DNA of 64,000 nucleotides. It comes from Candidatus Moraniibacteriota bacterium (GTDB taxonomy: Bacteria > Patescibacteriota > Minisyncoccia > Moranbacterales > GCA-2747515). The stretch lies in the NCBI GenBank assembly GCA_046116545.1, contig CP175956.1, forward strand, positions 449,734-513,733, in the 5' to 3' direction. The notes under the pieces are model-generated. The model was not told where the DNA came from. It did not search any database and saw only the letters and a program-made list of their open reading frames with translations. The position numbers and the translations under genes are program-made. Position 1 is the first letter of the stretch, and every line of letters begins with the position of its first letter. This document shows, in pieces, positions 1 through 9,830 of this stretch.

Positions 1-1942
1 CGGCTTTTCTAGTTGCTTGATTACTTTCACTTTTTTCTATTAGATTTTTTGACATATTATCAAAAAATCTTGATGGCATATTTGCCTGAAGGGAGCCAAA
101 TAATAATCTCTGCCGAGCATGCACAAAAAATACTCTTTCTTTTGCTCTTGTAATTCCAACATACGCGAGCCTCCTTTCTTCTTCCATTTCAGCATTATCA
201 ACCATCGCTCTATTATGTGGTATCAATCCTTCTTCAAGTCCTATCATGAACACAACTGGAAACTCGAGTCCTTTGGCGCTATGCATTGTCATGAGATGCA
301 CCATATCAGTATCTTGATTTATTTTATCAGTATCACTTGCAAGAGCTACCTCTTCTATAAATTTTTGTAATGCATTATCTATTTCATCATATTTAGTTGC
401 TACCGATAACAACTCTTGTACATTTTCATGTCTTGCTTCACCTTCTATTGTCCCATCTAATAATGATTTTTTAAATCCACTGTCTTCATATAAATGTACT
501 ATCAAATCTGTTAACGTATTTTTCTTTGCAAATTTACCAGAGTCTATTATAAACTTACAAAAATCATTTATTATTTTTTGCTTACTTTTAGCAGTTACAA
601 ACTTTAATAATTGATCACTAACACCAAATTCAATAGCACCTAGCCCTGTCTCACGAGCCCCGTCAAACCACTGAGCAAAAGTCTTACCTCCTATACCTCT
701 ACGTGGACTTGCCACAGCTCTTTCAAGTGAAATACTATTGGCATTATTTGAAATTAACTTTAAATACGACATTATATCCTTTACTTCTTTACGTTCATAA
801 AATTTTATACCTCCTACAATTCTATAGCTGATACTATTTTTCAAAAAATATTCCTCTATTATACGAGATTGTGCATTTGTCCTATAAAGCACTACAAAAT
901 CCTTACCCGCATACCCGTCCTCCATAAGTTCTTGAATTTTTTGTACAACATGCATAGCCTCTTCCCTTTCATCATGTGCTTCAAAAATGCTTAATTTATC
1001 TCCACTGCCTGCGCTTGTCCATATTTTTTTATCACTTCTATCACTATTGTCATCAATTACAGTAAAAGCTGTATCTAAAATATTTTGAGTTGATCGATAA
1101 TTCTGTTCTAATTTAATAGTTTTTGCATTTGGAAAATCCTTCTCAAAATTTAAAATATTACCAACATCTGCACCTCTCCACTTATAAATAGATTGCCAAT
1201 CATCACCCACAACAAACAAATTATTATGCTTCTGAGTTAACAGTTTTATAAATGTATATTGTGCATGATTTGTATCTTGATACTCATCTACTAATATAAA
1301 TTTGTATTTATCTTGATATTTTTTTAAAACTTTTGGATGTTCTTTAAAAAGAGCAATTGTTAATCGTATTAGGTCATCAAAATCTAAGCTATGATTTTCC
1401 CTTAATGTTCTTTGATAGATATCATATACGCGTGCAATTTGTTCTTCATGAAAGCTACCCACCTGTGATGTAAACTCATCTGATGACATTAAATTGTTCT
1501 TTGCTCTTGAAATATTTTCAATAATAGCTCTTGGAGCAAATTGCTGTTTTGATAATTCTAATTCTTTTGCTATTTTTTTTATAAGAACTAATTGATCATG
1601 CGTATCTAATATAGTAAAGTTTTTTTCATATCCTAAGTGTTGTATGTCTTCCCTGAGAAATCTCACACAAACACTGTGAAATGTGCCTATCGTTGGATTT
1701 ATATATCTAGAATCAATCAACTCTGATACTCTTGCACGCATTTCAGCCGCAGCTTTATTTGTAAATGTTACTGCTAAAATATTATTTGGTGAAACAGCTC
1801 TTTCTCGTATTAAATAAGCAATCCTGCGAGTTAATGCTGTTGTTTTTCCTGAGCCAGCACCAGCACTCACTAAAAAAGGTCCTTCGAATGCCTGTACGGC
1901 TTCTTTTTGTGGTTTATTTAAACCTTCTAATAATTTTTTCAT
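1..1942 (-). CDS. pcrA: ATP-dependent DNA helicase PcrA/UvrD (3' end runs off window)
   Basis: Not in ORF track because it is open-ended. Manual translation from ATG 1942 gives MKKLLEGLNKPQKEAV...SAGAGSGKTTALTRRIAY, with later LVDEYQDTN, VGDDWQSIY and EERRLAYVG motifs. The same frame is still open at position 1. Confidence 0.95.
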   Translation of the reverse strand, partial: MKKLLEGLNKPQKEAVQAFEGPFLVSAGAGSGKTTALTRRIAYLIRERAVSPNNILAVTFTNKAAAEMRARVSELIDSRYINPTIGTFHSVCVRFLREDIQHLGYEKNFTILDTHDQLVLIKKIAKELELSKQQFAPRAIIENISRAKNNLMSSDEFTSQVGSFHEEQIARVYDIYQRTLRENHSLDFDDLIRLTIALFKEHPKVLKKYQDKYKFILVDEYQDTNHAQYTFIKLLTQKHNNLFVVGDDWQSIYKWRGADVGNILNFEKDFPNAKTIKLEQNYRSTQNILDTAFTVIDDNSDRSDKKIWTSAGSGDKLSIFEAHDEREEAMHVVQKIQELMEDGYAGKDFVVLYRTNAQSRIIEEYFLKNSISYRIVGGIKFYERKEVKDIMSYLKLISNNANSISLERAVASPRRGIGGKTFAQWFDGARETGLGAIEFGVSDQLLKFVTAKSKQKIINDFCKFIIDSGKFAKKNTLTDLIVHLYEDSGFKKSLLDGTIEGEARHENVQELLSVATKYDEIDNALQKFIEEVALASDTDKINQDTDMVHLMTMHSAKGLEFPVVFMIGLEEGLIPHNRAMVDNAEMEEERRLAYVGITRAKERVFFVHARQRLLFGSLQANMPSRFFDNMSKNLIEKSESNQATRKA

Positions 1943-2000
1943 ATTTAATAATTGTAACACACATTGCGCTTAAACCAATCGAGGTATATAGTATGTATAA

Positions 2001-3668
2001 TTGATATACAAGCTAACCTATACCTTTATGAAAATACAAAATTTACAAAATTTTTTTTCAAAAACATTTACTAATGATGTTTCTCTTTATACAATTGCTA
2101 CCACATTTTTAATGTTAATTCTTGTGAGATTAAGTGTTGAAAATTGGATTATGGGATTTGCAACTCAAAAACCAATCTTTTATTTATATGAATTTTTACA
2201 TACATTTCTATTTTTTTATATCTTATTTATTGTATGTGTCTTTTTGTCTGTAGTAATCGCAAAGATTTCCATACGCACAAGTATTACAATATTCCTACTT
2301 GGTTTTTTGTTAATAATAATTCCACCTATCATAGATTCGATTATATCTACACTATATTTTGATGGTATTCACTTTAAAAGTTATTATTTATTTGATTCTA
2401 TACAAGGTCTTTCTCAAAGTTTTATTACTTTTTTTGGTGATAAACCTCGTGATGGTATTACCTACGGCACTAGAGTAATGATATTTTTATCATTATTATT
2501 ACTTACTTTTATAACCTATGTAAATACAAAAAAAATCTATCTATCTATCTTAATGCTAATTATTGCTTATACACTTTTCTTCCTTCTTAGCTCAATGCCT
2601 TCACTCATAACATTTATGACTGTACCAGAACACTTAACTGCAACTCGAGCTGATGTTGCTGGATTAATCGCATCACCTACAACGATTTTTGGAAATCAAA
2701 TAACAAATTTACTTAGTGCAATAAATATAAAAATGTCACTTGTCTATCTATTACTCAGTATACTAATAACTATTACAATTTTATTTTTTACTTACAAAAA
2801 AACTACCATTTCTCTTGTAAAAAATATACGCCCTATTCAAACACTTTACCATTTAGGATTATTATTAATTGGAATTGGTCTTGCAATTATTTTTGCAGAT
2901 TCTGTTTTATATTATTCTTTTTTTAATCTCCTTGCATTTGTACTATTATGTATCGCAATTATTTTTGCTTGGTATAGTACCGTGATTTTCAATGATTGCG
3001 TTGACCAAAAAATTGATGCCATAAGTAATCAAAATAGACCTCTTATACAAAAAACTATTGCTCTCAGCGATTACAAAAAAATAGGTCTAATATTAATGTT
3101 TTTATCAATTATAATGATTGCCGCAATCAATCCTTATGCCTCATTATTAATAATTGCTTATCATGCATTATCCTATCTATATAACATGCCACCACTTAGG
3201 TTAAAAAGGTTTCCTATTATAGCAACGCTTCTTGCTGCTATTGCATCATTTTTTATAGTCGCAGTTGGCTTTGTAACAGTATCTCCAGAACATTCACTAA
3301 CAGGCTTTCCTCCTTATATTGCTATACTATTAATTATTTCTTATACTATTTCACTTCCTATAAAAGACCTTAAAGACATTGCTGGTGATAAAGCTAATAA
3401 TGTTTATACTCTACCCGTCTTATTTGGAGAAAAAACTGGTCGCACTATAATTGGTATGAGTATATTCTTTTCTTTCATGCTTAGTATTTTTACCCTTGGC
3501 ACAAAATCTATTCTACTGCCAGCTATTTTATCTGGAGCATTATGTTTTTGGACACTAGTTGGTCAAAAAAACAATAAATTTATATTTACACCAAAACAAA
3601 CACTATCACTAGTGTTTGTTATAGTATCTATTTATGGGATGATTCTAGTCTTTACTTTATTTGGTTAA
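2001..3668 (+). CDS. UbiA-family prenyltransferase with long N-terminal membrane extension
   Basis: NDCVDQKIDAISNQNRPL and KDLKDIAGD Asp-rich motifs; many TM segments; real start may be ATG ~2028. Confidence 0.8.
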   Translation: MIYKLTYTFMKIQNLQNFFSKTFTNDVSLYTIATTFLMLILVRLSVENWIMGFATQKPIFYLYEFLHTFLFFYILFIVCVFLSVVIAKISIRTSITIFLLGFLLIIIPPIIDSIISTLYFDGIHFKSYYLFDSIQGLSQSFITFFGDKPRDGITYGTRVMIFLSLLLLTFITYVNTKKIYLSILMLIIAYTLFFLLSSMPSLITFMTVPEHLTATRADVAGLIASPTTIFGNQITNLLSAINIKMSLVYLLLSILITITILFFTYKKTTISLVKNIRPIQTLYHLGLLLIGIGLAIIFADSVLYYSFFNLLAFVLLCIAIIFAWYSTVIFNDCVDQKIDAISNQNRPLIQKTIALSDYKKIGLILMFLSIIMIAAINPYASLLIIAYHALSYLYNMPPLRLKRFPIIATLLAAIASFFIVAVGFVTVSPEHSLTGFPPYIAILLIISYTISLPIKDLKDIAGDKANNVYTLPVLFGEKTGRTIIGMSIFFSFMLSIFTLGTKSILLPAILSGALCFWTLVGQKNNKFIFTPKQTLSLVFVIVSIYGMILVFTLFG

Positions 3669-4464
3669 ACTCCTGCTTTGCTAAAGACTGCCAATCTTCA
3701 ATAGCCAATTCCTGAGCCCGTATATTTTTATCAAATCCTAAATCAAATAATATATTTTCTACATCTTTCTTATCAAGATGAAATCCATTTGCTAAATTAT
3801 TTATAAGTGTTTTTCTTTTTGCACTAAACCCGATTTTTACAACTCTAAAAAATTCTTTTATTTCATCATCTGCTAATCTATTATTTTTAATTGTCAATTT
3901 AATAATTGCACTATCAACTTTTGGTACTGGATCAAAATCTTCTCTCGAAACTGTAAATAAATACTCAACATTTGCATAGTATTGTGCTGATACAGCCAAT
4001 AGACTCATTCCACCAGGATTTGCTGATAAGCGTTCTGCTACTTCTTTTTGTACCATAAGTATAATTTCACTTGGCTGATTTTTTGATTCCAAAAATAATC
4101 TAATTATAGGCGCTGTAATGTAATATGGTATATTTGCAATTACTTTATATGTCTTATGTTTTAGTTCTTGTGTTTTTGAAAATTCTTCTATATTTAATTT
4201 AAGAATATCATCATGAATAATTTTTATATTATCAACACTTTCAAATTCACTTTCTAAAACAGGTATTAATCTATCATCAAGTTCAATTGCAATAACCTTG
4301 CCTGCTTTTTTTGATAATGCCCTTGTCAAAATTCCTTGACCTGGACCAATCTCCAAAATAATATCCTCATTTGTAATATCTGAACTGTTAACAATGTCAC
4401 TAATCACACTATCATTTTTCAAGAAATTTTGTCCCAATGATTTCTTATGTTTAAATTTTTTCAT
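3652..4464 (-). CDS. rsmA: 16S rRNA m6,2A dimethyltransferase KsgA
   Basis: KKSLGQNFL, LEIGPGQG, ANIPYYIT, PVPKVDSA motifs. Confidence 0.97.
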   Translation of the reverse strand: MKKFKHKKSLGQNFLKNDSVISDIVNSSDITNEDIILEIGPGQGILTRALSKKAGKVIAIELDDRLIPVLESEFESVDNIKIIHDDILKLNIEEFSKTQELKHKTYKVIANIPYYITAPIIRLFLESKNQPSEIILMVQKEVAERLSANPGGMSLLAVSAQYYANVEYLFTVSREDFDPVPKVDSAIIKLTIKNNRLADDEIKEFFRVVKIGFSAKRKTLINNLANGFHLDKKDVENILFDLGFDKNIRAQELAIEDWQSLAKQEFNQIK

Positions 4465-4472
4465 AATTTTTC

Positions 4473-4498
4473 TGTCATTCCCGCGTAGGCAGGAGTCT
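4473..4498 (+). repeat. REP-like palindrome, GTCATTCCCGC family
   Basis: TGTCATTCCCGCGTAGGCAGGAGTCT; related copies at 9781, 12396, 51783, 51879. Confidence 0.75.
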
Positions 4499-4520
4499 TA
4501 CTAATAAATATGGATGAGCT

Positions 4521-5003
4521 TTAGTACTTTATTTTATCACTTTTCTCTTCCCATTTTTTAAATACCTCAATTGCATCATTACGCATTAATTGTTCCATTG
4601 GCAACTTTCTGTTCTCCTTAGTTAATTCTAATTCCTCATAAATAAATTCATCATCAAATTCAATATTGGCTGCATCTTCTTTTGTATTAGCATAGTATAC
4701 TCTTTCAAACCTAGACCAATATACAGCACCTAAACACATCGGACATGGCTCGCAGCTAGTGTATAGTATACAATCTGATAAATCAAATGTACTCAATGTT
4801 TTACATGCATTACGAATTGCAACAATTTCTGCATGCATTGTAGGATCATTTTGTGATGTGACCTCATTATTACCTTTTGCAATAATTTCATTATTTTTCA
4901 CAACTACAGCTCCGAATGGACCACCATCATCATTTTGCATTCCTTTTAATGATAACTTTATTGCTTCTTTCATGAAATATTCATGATTCTTATTTTTTTG
5001 CAT
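4521..5003 (-). CDS. guaD: Guanine/nucleoside deaminase (CDA superfamily, GuaD-like)
   Basis: GGPFGAVVV, DPTMHAE, CEPCPMCLGAVYW motifs. Confidence 0.85.
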   Translation of the reverse strand: MQKNKNHEYFMKEAIKLSLKGMQNDDGGPFGAVVVKNNEIIAKGNNEVTSQNDPTMHAEIVAIRNACKTLSTFDLSDCILYTSCEPCPMCLGAVYWSRFERVYYANTKEDAANIEFDDEFIYEELELTKENRKLPMEQLMRNDAIEVFKKWEEKSDKIKY

Positions 5004-5101
5004 ATATTATATAAAAATATTATTTCTTCTATGTATCATAACCAGAAATCTGTAAAACTGCAAAAAACATGTTAAACTGTGAGTATTGCATTAAATAAAA
5101 A

Positions 5102-5701
5102 ATGATGAAAAATAAACAGAATATTTCTCATAGAGAATTACTATCCCATGAAACAAAGCGTCATTCTCTTATTAAATTTTCACTTATACTATTCCTATTT
5201 ATAAGTTATTTTCTTTTTATAGCACTAAAATATGGAATGGAACAGGGCTTTCTTGTAGCTGCTCTAACTTGGTCATTTTTTGTGCTTTGTACACCCATTG
5301 CTGATGCTGGATTTCTAATAGATTTTCCATTGCGACTAATTACAAATATACGCATGTTTATTTTAGAAATTTTTGTATGGCTTATTGCAATTATTCTTAA
5401 TATTTATATATACTTTACTTCACCTGAATTATATTCAACTACTACACTGCTGCAACTATTTAAACATATTTTAGATCAACCCATTCCTTTTTGGAGTATT
5501 ATACTTTTATCTCTTATAGGCACATTTGTGTCAATTGGTTTTGGTGATGAATTGATGGATAAAACAAATCATCATGAACGAAAAAAATACCATACGCATA
5601 AGTATAATTATCGCATGATTTTAATGGTTTTTCTCTTTATAATTACATTTATCATATATGATTTTCTACTGAAAGCCCTTAGTATAACTATCCCCTTATA
5701 A
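5102..5701 (+). CDS. Hypothetical membrane protein
   Basis: 199 aa ORF, about 5 hydrophobic segments. Confidence 0.75.
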   Translation: MMKNKQNISHRELLSHETKRHSLIKFSLILFLFISYFLFIALKYGMEQGFLVAALTWSFFVLCTPIADAGFLIDFPLRLITNIRMFILEIFVWLIAIILNIYIYFTSPELYSTTTLLQLFKHILDQPIPFWSIILLSLIGTFVSIGFGDELMDKTNHHERKKYHTHKYNYRMILMVFLFIITFIIYDFLLKALSITIPL

Positions 5702-5797
5702 TCTACCTATTATACCAGGTTACTATATGATGAACTTGCATATTATTATATTTTTATTATACTAAAAACCACCCGTAACTTAAATAATCACATTTTT

Positions 5798-6430
5798 ATG
5801 AAAGCTATAATTTTTGATATGGATGGTGTACTAGTAAATACGCCCTACATTGCATGTGAAGTCACTAACACCCTATTACAAAATGAGGATATTACATTTA
5901 CTCAAAAAGAGTTTAAAAAATATCTTAAATTTGGAATTGAAGATAGAGTTAAAATTTGGAATAAGGAGTTTAATAAAAATATTGATATCCAATTATTTTT
6001 TAAATCATTTATTGATTTACAAGTACAAGTTTTAAAAAAAGATCCCAATAATAATACTAGAAAAGATATTTTGACTCAACTAAAAAATGACGGCCTAAAA
6101 CTAGGACTAGCTACAAAAGCAAAACGTGTAAAAGTTGATAAAGTATTAGCTGCACTAGATATACAAAATATTTTTGATTCTATAGAAACTGGTGATATTA
6201 CAAAAAATCACAAACCCCATCCAGAAGTATATTTAACTACTCTTAAAAATTTAAATATTACATCTCAAGATGCTATTGTAATTGAAGATTCTCCCCATGG
6301 AATCGTAGCTGCAAAAAAGGCTGGGCTCAAGGTTCTTGGCTATAAAACAAATGTATTTACCGATGAAGACTTAGCTGAGGCTGACGTCATCATAACTGAC
6401 TTATCTGAAATTTTTCAATATATTAATTAA
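5798..6430 (+). CDS. HAD-family phosphatase
   Basis: FDMDGVLVNT, KPHPEVY, IEDSPHG motifs. Confidence 0.92.
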   Translation: MKAIIFDMDGVLVNTPYIACEVTNTLLQNEDITFTQKEFKKYLKFGIEDRVKIWNKEFNKNIDIQLFFKSFIDLQVQVLKKDPNNNTRKDILTQLKNDGLKLGLATKAKRVKVDKVLAALDIQNIFDSIETGDITKNHKPHPEVYLTTLKNLNITSQDAIVIEDSPHGIVAAKKAGLKVLGYKTNVFTDEDLAEADVIITDLSEIFQYIN

Positions 6431-7388
6431 CAATCTCTTCCATTTTTACATCTATCACACCCGCACCAATTGATGCTATTTTTGCAAATGCTACCTTATC
6501 TAGATCTATAATTCTACCTGGCACAAATGGACCTCTATCATTTATTTGGACAATTACAGACTTCCCATTTGCTTTGTTAGTTACTTTTACATATGAACCT
6601 TTTGGTAACCATGGATTTGCTGCACTCATTGTGCCAGTATATGCATACCATGAACATGCTCCTGTATGTTTTTTGCCAAGCTTCACCTTTGTTCCTTGTA
6701 TTGTGACTTCATCAACTGCTTCTTTTACAATTTTTTCCTCTACCAGTTCCCTATCTACTTCTTTACCATCGTGATAAGCAATTTTATAAATAGTTTCTTT
6801 TTTACCATTTTCACCTTTTTGATCTACATATTTTTTCAAAAAATTTACATCTTCATCCTCTTTTAAAACTGTTTCAAATGGAATCTTTTCTGTAACAGAC
6901 TCCTCTTTAAATTCAACCCGAGTTATCTCTGCATTAATATCTGTATTTATAATAGTATCTACATGTGGCATAACAATATCATTTTCATCTAATTCTACAC
7001 TATTCCTCGCCAAAACATTATTTATACTATCTCCAAAAGTTTTAAACTCTTTTGCCTCACCATCAACACCAACTATTAATTTTTTACTTCTATTTATATT
7101 AATAACATCTCCAGCAAAAACCTTTTCATCTCTATCGGGAAATACTCTATCATTATCAGATAACTTTTCATTGTATGTATTCAATGCCCCTGCAACATCC
7201 ACAGATTGCACATTATATAAATAAGAAGTTTTGCCGTCATCAATGATTTTTACAACTTCAATACTAGTCCCTTGAATAAATTCAGGGGATTTTTCTTTAA
7301 AAATAAAGAATCCACCAATTAAAAACCCCATTATCAATACGATGAAAATATATTTTCTTCTCCTTTTACGCTTAACTCTTTTGTGCAT
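6423..7388 (-). CDS. Membrane-anchored DUF348/G5 protein with C-terminal RlpA-like (DPBB) lytic transglycosylase domain
   Basis: N-terminal TM; G5-like segment (EKIPFET...GENGKKE...QGTK); INDRGPF...IIDLD RlpA motif. Confidence 0.85.
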   Translation of the reverse strand: MHKRVKRKRRRKYIFIVLIMGFLIGGFFIFKEKSPEFIQGTSIEVVKIIDDGKTSYLYNVQSVDVAGALNTYNEKLSDNDRVFPDRDEKVFAGDVININRSKKLIVGVDGEAKEFKTFGDSINNVLARNSVELDENDIVMPHVDTIINTDINAEITRVEFKEESVTEKIPFETVLKEDEDVNFLKKYVDQKGENGKKETIYKIAYHDGKEVDRELVEEKIVKEAVDEVTIQGTKVKLGKKHTGACSWYAYTGTMSAANPWLPKGSYVKVTNKANGKSVIVQINDRGPFVPGRIIDLDKVAFAKIASIGAGVIDVKMEEIVN

Positions 7389-7489
7389 CTTTTAATAGCT
7401 ATTTCAAAAACTTCGTATACACATTATAAATGATTCTGTGTCTTTGGTCGATACCCTATCAATAAATATGAAATGTGTAAAAGTCCTTC

Positions 7490-8911
7490 TTAATTACTGC
7501 ATAGTATTTTTTCTTTCAATTTCCAAAGATCTGTCTTGTAAATCTCAATTGGAAAAAATTTATAAAAACTATTTTCCTTAATTTGAGCCATTTTTAACAT
7601 TGCATGTTGCGGAATACTACCCGTTGTTTCACTTAAAATATATGACTTTAAATCTTGTATTTGAACTTCAACAACAAAGTCTCTTGGATTATTTTTAAAG
7701 AATTTTATTCGATCATTTAGCATTTTGTATGCGGTAGTATTTTTATCAACAAACTTTATTGTTTCTCTCACCTTTTTTATTGAAGGATGTGATAATGCAA
7801 CATCATATATAGCCTTCCAAACAAAATATTCACCCGTTGACTGCTCACTTAATTTTCTTTTTCCAGTTTTATCTACAATATTTTTTTCTCGTTTTCTTGT
7901 TGAACTTCCTCCCAAAAATATTTCCAACTCATCAATTACCTTTGCTATATCATTTATATCTGGCACAATAATTTTCAACCCAATTATATCATGTACTTGA
8001 TTTGGAAATTCTAAATTTTTTCTAATCATTTTTTCAACTACTGATGTAAGCTTTATTTCACCGCCTATTTTAAATTTATTTCTAATTTCAAAATGTAAAA
8101 TTTTATTATTTTGCTTTGTTAAGAATGGCGTTGTTTTAAACACTTGCATATCATACACTTTTGAGGCTAGTTTTTTGCGCATATCAGAAGCTTTTTCATA
8201 TTCAATCTTTGCTAATTTTTTATCATTTAAATAGTGACTTTTGTAAGTGTGATCTGCCCAGAAAAAATAATCGTCTGCCGCTAGACTTTCTGCGAATAGA
8301 TTGTCTTTAAAAACTGTTTCAATTTGAGATGTAGCAAAATCTAAATCCTCAAATGAAAAAGACCTCTTAATTCTTGCCATCAAAATTATCAATCCAATTC
8401 TCCTAAGAATTGCAAATTTTATTCTTGTCTCTATTGTGTTTTTATACAAATTATGTAAGTCACAAATGTCATGACAATTTTGCAATTCTTTCTTTTCTCT
8501 TAAAATTTTGATAACTTTTTCTGGAAACTTAGCTTTTAGTAATAACTCTTCCGTCAATGCAGCAGCTATTCTAGAATATTTTTCAAATATTTTTTTATTA
8601 TCTTTATATTGTTTGTGAGACCCGACAGAATTAAATTTAATATTTAAATAATCATTAAATTTTTTTTCAACATCATCACTAGAATACTTTTTATCAACAA
8701 TCTTCAAAAAAGTTATGCCCTCAGTAAAATTATCAATTATGTCAGGGTCAAAGTGACAATACTTTCTCTTAAATTCCTTGATGCTACTATTTGACGGGAG
8801 CTCCAAATATAACGTATCAATTAATAATAAAGTACCCAAATCATCTCCTTTTAATTTAGGGTTTGTTTGTATATATTGACAAATTTTTTCATTAAAATTA
8901 TGTGCTTTCAT
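7490..8911 (-). CDS. RelA/SpoT-like nucleotidyltransferase-domain protein
   Basis: KLTSVVEKMIRK, HDIIGLKIIV and VEVQIQD resemble (p)ppGpp synthetase motifs; no HD domain recognised. Confidence 0.6.
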   Translation of the reverse strand: MKAHNFNEKICQYIQTNPKLKGDDLGTLLLIDTLYLELPSNSSIKEFKRKYCHFDPDIIDNFTEGITFLKIVDKKYSSDDVEKKFNDYLNIKFNSVGSHKQYKDNKKIFEKYSRIAAALTEELLLKAKFPEKVIKILREKKELQNCHDICDLHNLYKNTIETRIKFAILRRIGLIILMARIKRSFSFEDLDFATSQIETVFKDNLFAESLAADDYFFWADHTYKSHYLNDKKLAKIEYEKASDMRKKLASKVYDMQVFKTTPFLTKQNNKILHFEIRNKFKIGGEIKLTSVVEKMIRKNLEFPNQVHDIIGLKIIVPDINDIAKVIDELEIFLGGSSTRKREKNIVDKTGKRKLSEQSTGEYFVWKAIYDVALSHPSIKKVRETIKFVDKNTTAYKMLNDRIKFFKNNPRDFVVEVQIQDLKSYILSETTGSIPQHAMLKMAQIKENSFYKFFPIEIYKTDLWKLKEKILCSN

Positions 8912-9034
8912 ATATTTATACTTAAAAAATGACCACTGATAAAATCAATGCCTAAAGAATACTATAATATTTAAAGTATCGCAATATATTTGTAAATATA
9001 AATTGTGCAAATTTTATTCAAAATTATTAGACTT

Positions 9035-9700
9035 CTACCATTTAATTATCTTTTCTCCCTTTCTTTTCAAATAAGTATTACTACTAGAAAAATGGTTACA
9101 ACCAAAAAATCCATTGTATGCTGAAAATGGCGATGGGTGTGCTGATTCTAATACTAAGTGTTTTTTTCTATCTATTATCTGACCTTTTTGTTTTGCATAA
9201 TTGCCCCATAGTAGGAATACTACACCATCTTTTTGTTCTGAAATTTGTTTTATGACTTCATCTGTAAATTCTTCCCAACCTTTTTTTGCATGACTACCTG
9301 GTTTTGCTTTTTCTACAGTTAATACTGAATTAAGTAAAAATACACCTTGATTTGCCCATTCTTCTAGATTTCCATTACTCATATTTTTTTTAATTCCAAG
9401 ATCTGACTCGATTTCTTTATAAATATTTTTAAGCGAAGGTGGTGGTGTAACTCCCTTCTGTACAGAAAAACAAAGTCCATGTGCTTGTCCAGGACCATGA
9501 TATGGATCTTGACCTAAAATAACAACTTTTACCTGCTCAAAAGGTGTTTTTTCAAATGCATTAAAAACATTTTTTGGTTTAGGGTAAATAGTTTTATTTA
9601 AAAATTCTTCTCTGACAAAATCACTCAACTCTTTAAATAAATCAGTTTCAAAATATTCCCCTAAAACTTTTTTCCAAGACTTCTCTATTTTTACTTCCAT
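9035..9700 (-). CDS. ung: Uracil-DNA glycosylase family 1
   Basis: GQDPYHG, HPSPFS motifs. Confidence 0.97.
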   Translation of the reverse strand: MEVKIEKSWKKVLGEYFETDLFKELSDFVREEFLNKTIYPKPKNVFNAFEKTPFEQVKVVILGQDPYHGPGQAHGLCFSVQKGVTPPPSLKNIYKEIESDLGIKKNMSNGNLEEWANQGVFLLNSVLTVEKAKPGSHAKKGWEEFTDEVIKQISEQKDGVVFLLWGNYAKQKGQIIDRKKHLVLESAHPSPFSAYNGFFGCNHFSSSNTYLKRKGEKIIKW

Positions 9701-9780
9701 ATACTTTATTTAATGTTTATAGTTTACGGGATACTATATATTTATAATAATTTCAAAAATAATACTGCTTTTGGTATATC

Positions 9781-9807
9781 TCATCCTCGCGAAGGTGGGA
9801 ATGACAA
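9781..9807 (-). repeat. REP-like palindrome, GTCATTCCC family
   Basis: Reverse complement TTGTCATTCCCACCTTCGCGAGGATGA. Confidence 0.6.
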
Positions 9808-9830
9808 CATAATAACATATATACAACAAC

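Noticed and set aside
119-2004. Short plus-strand ORFs 119-370 and 1765-2004
   Set aside because: Antisense shadows of pcrA
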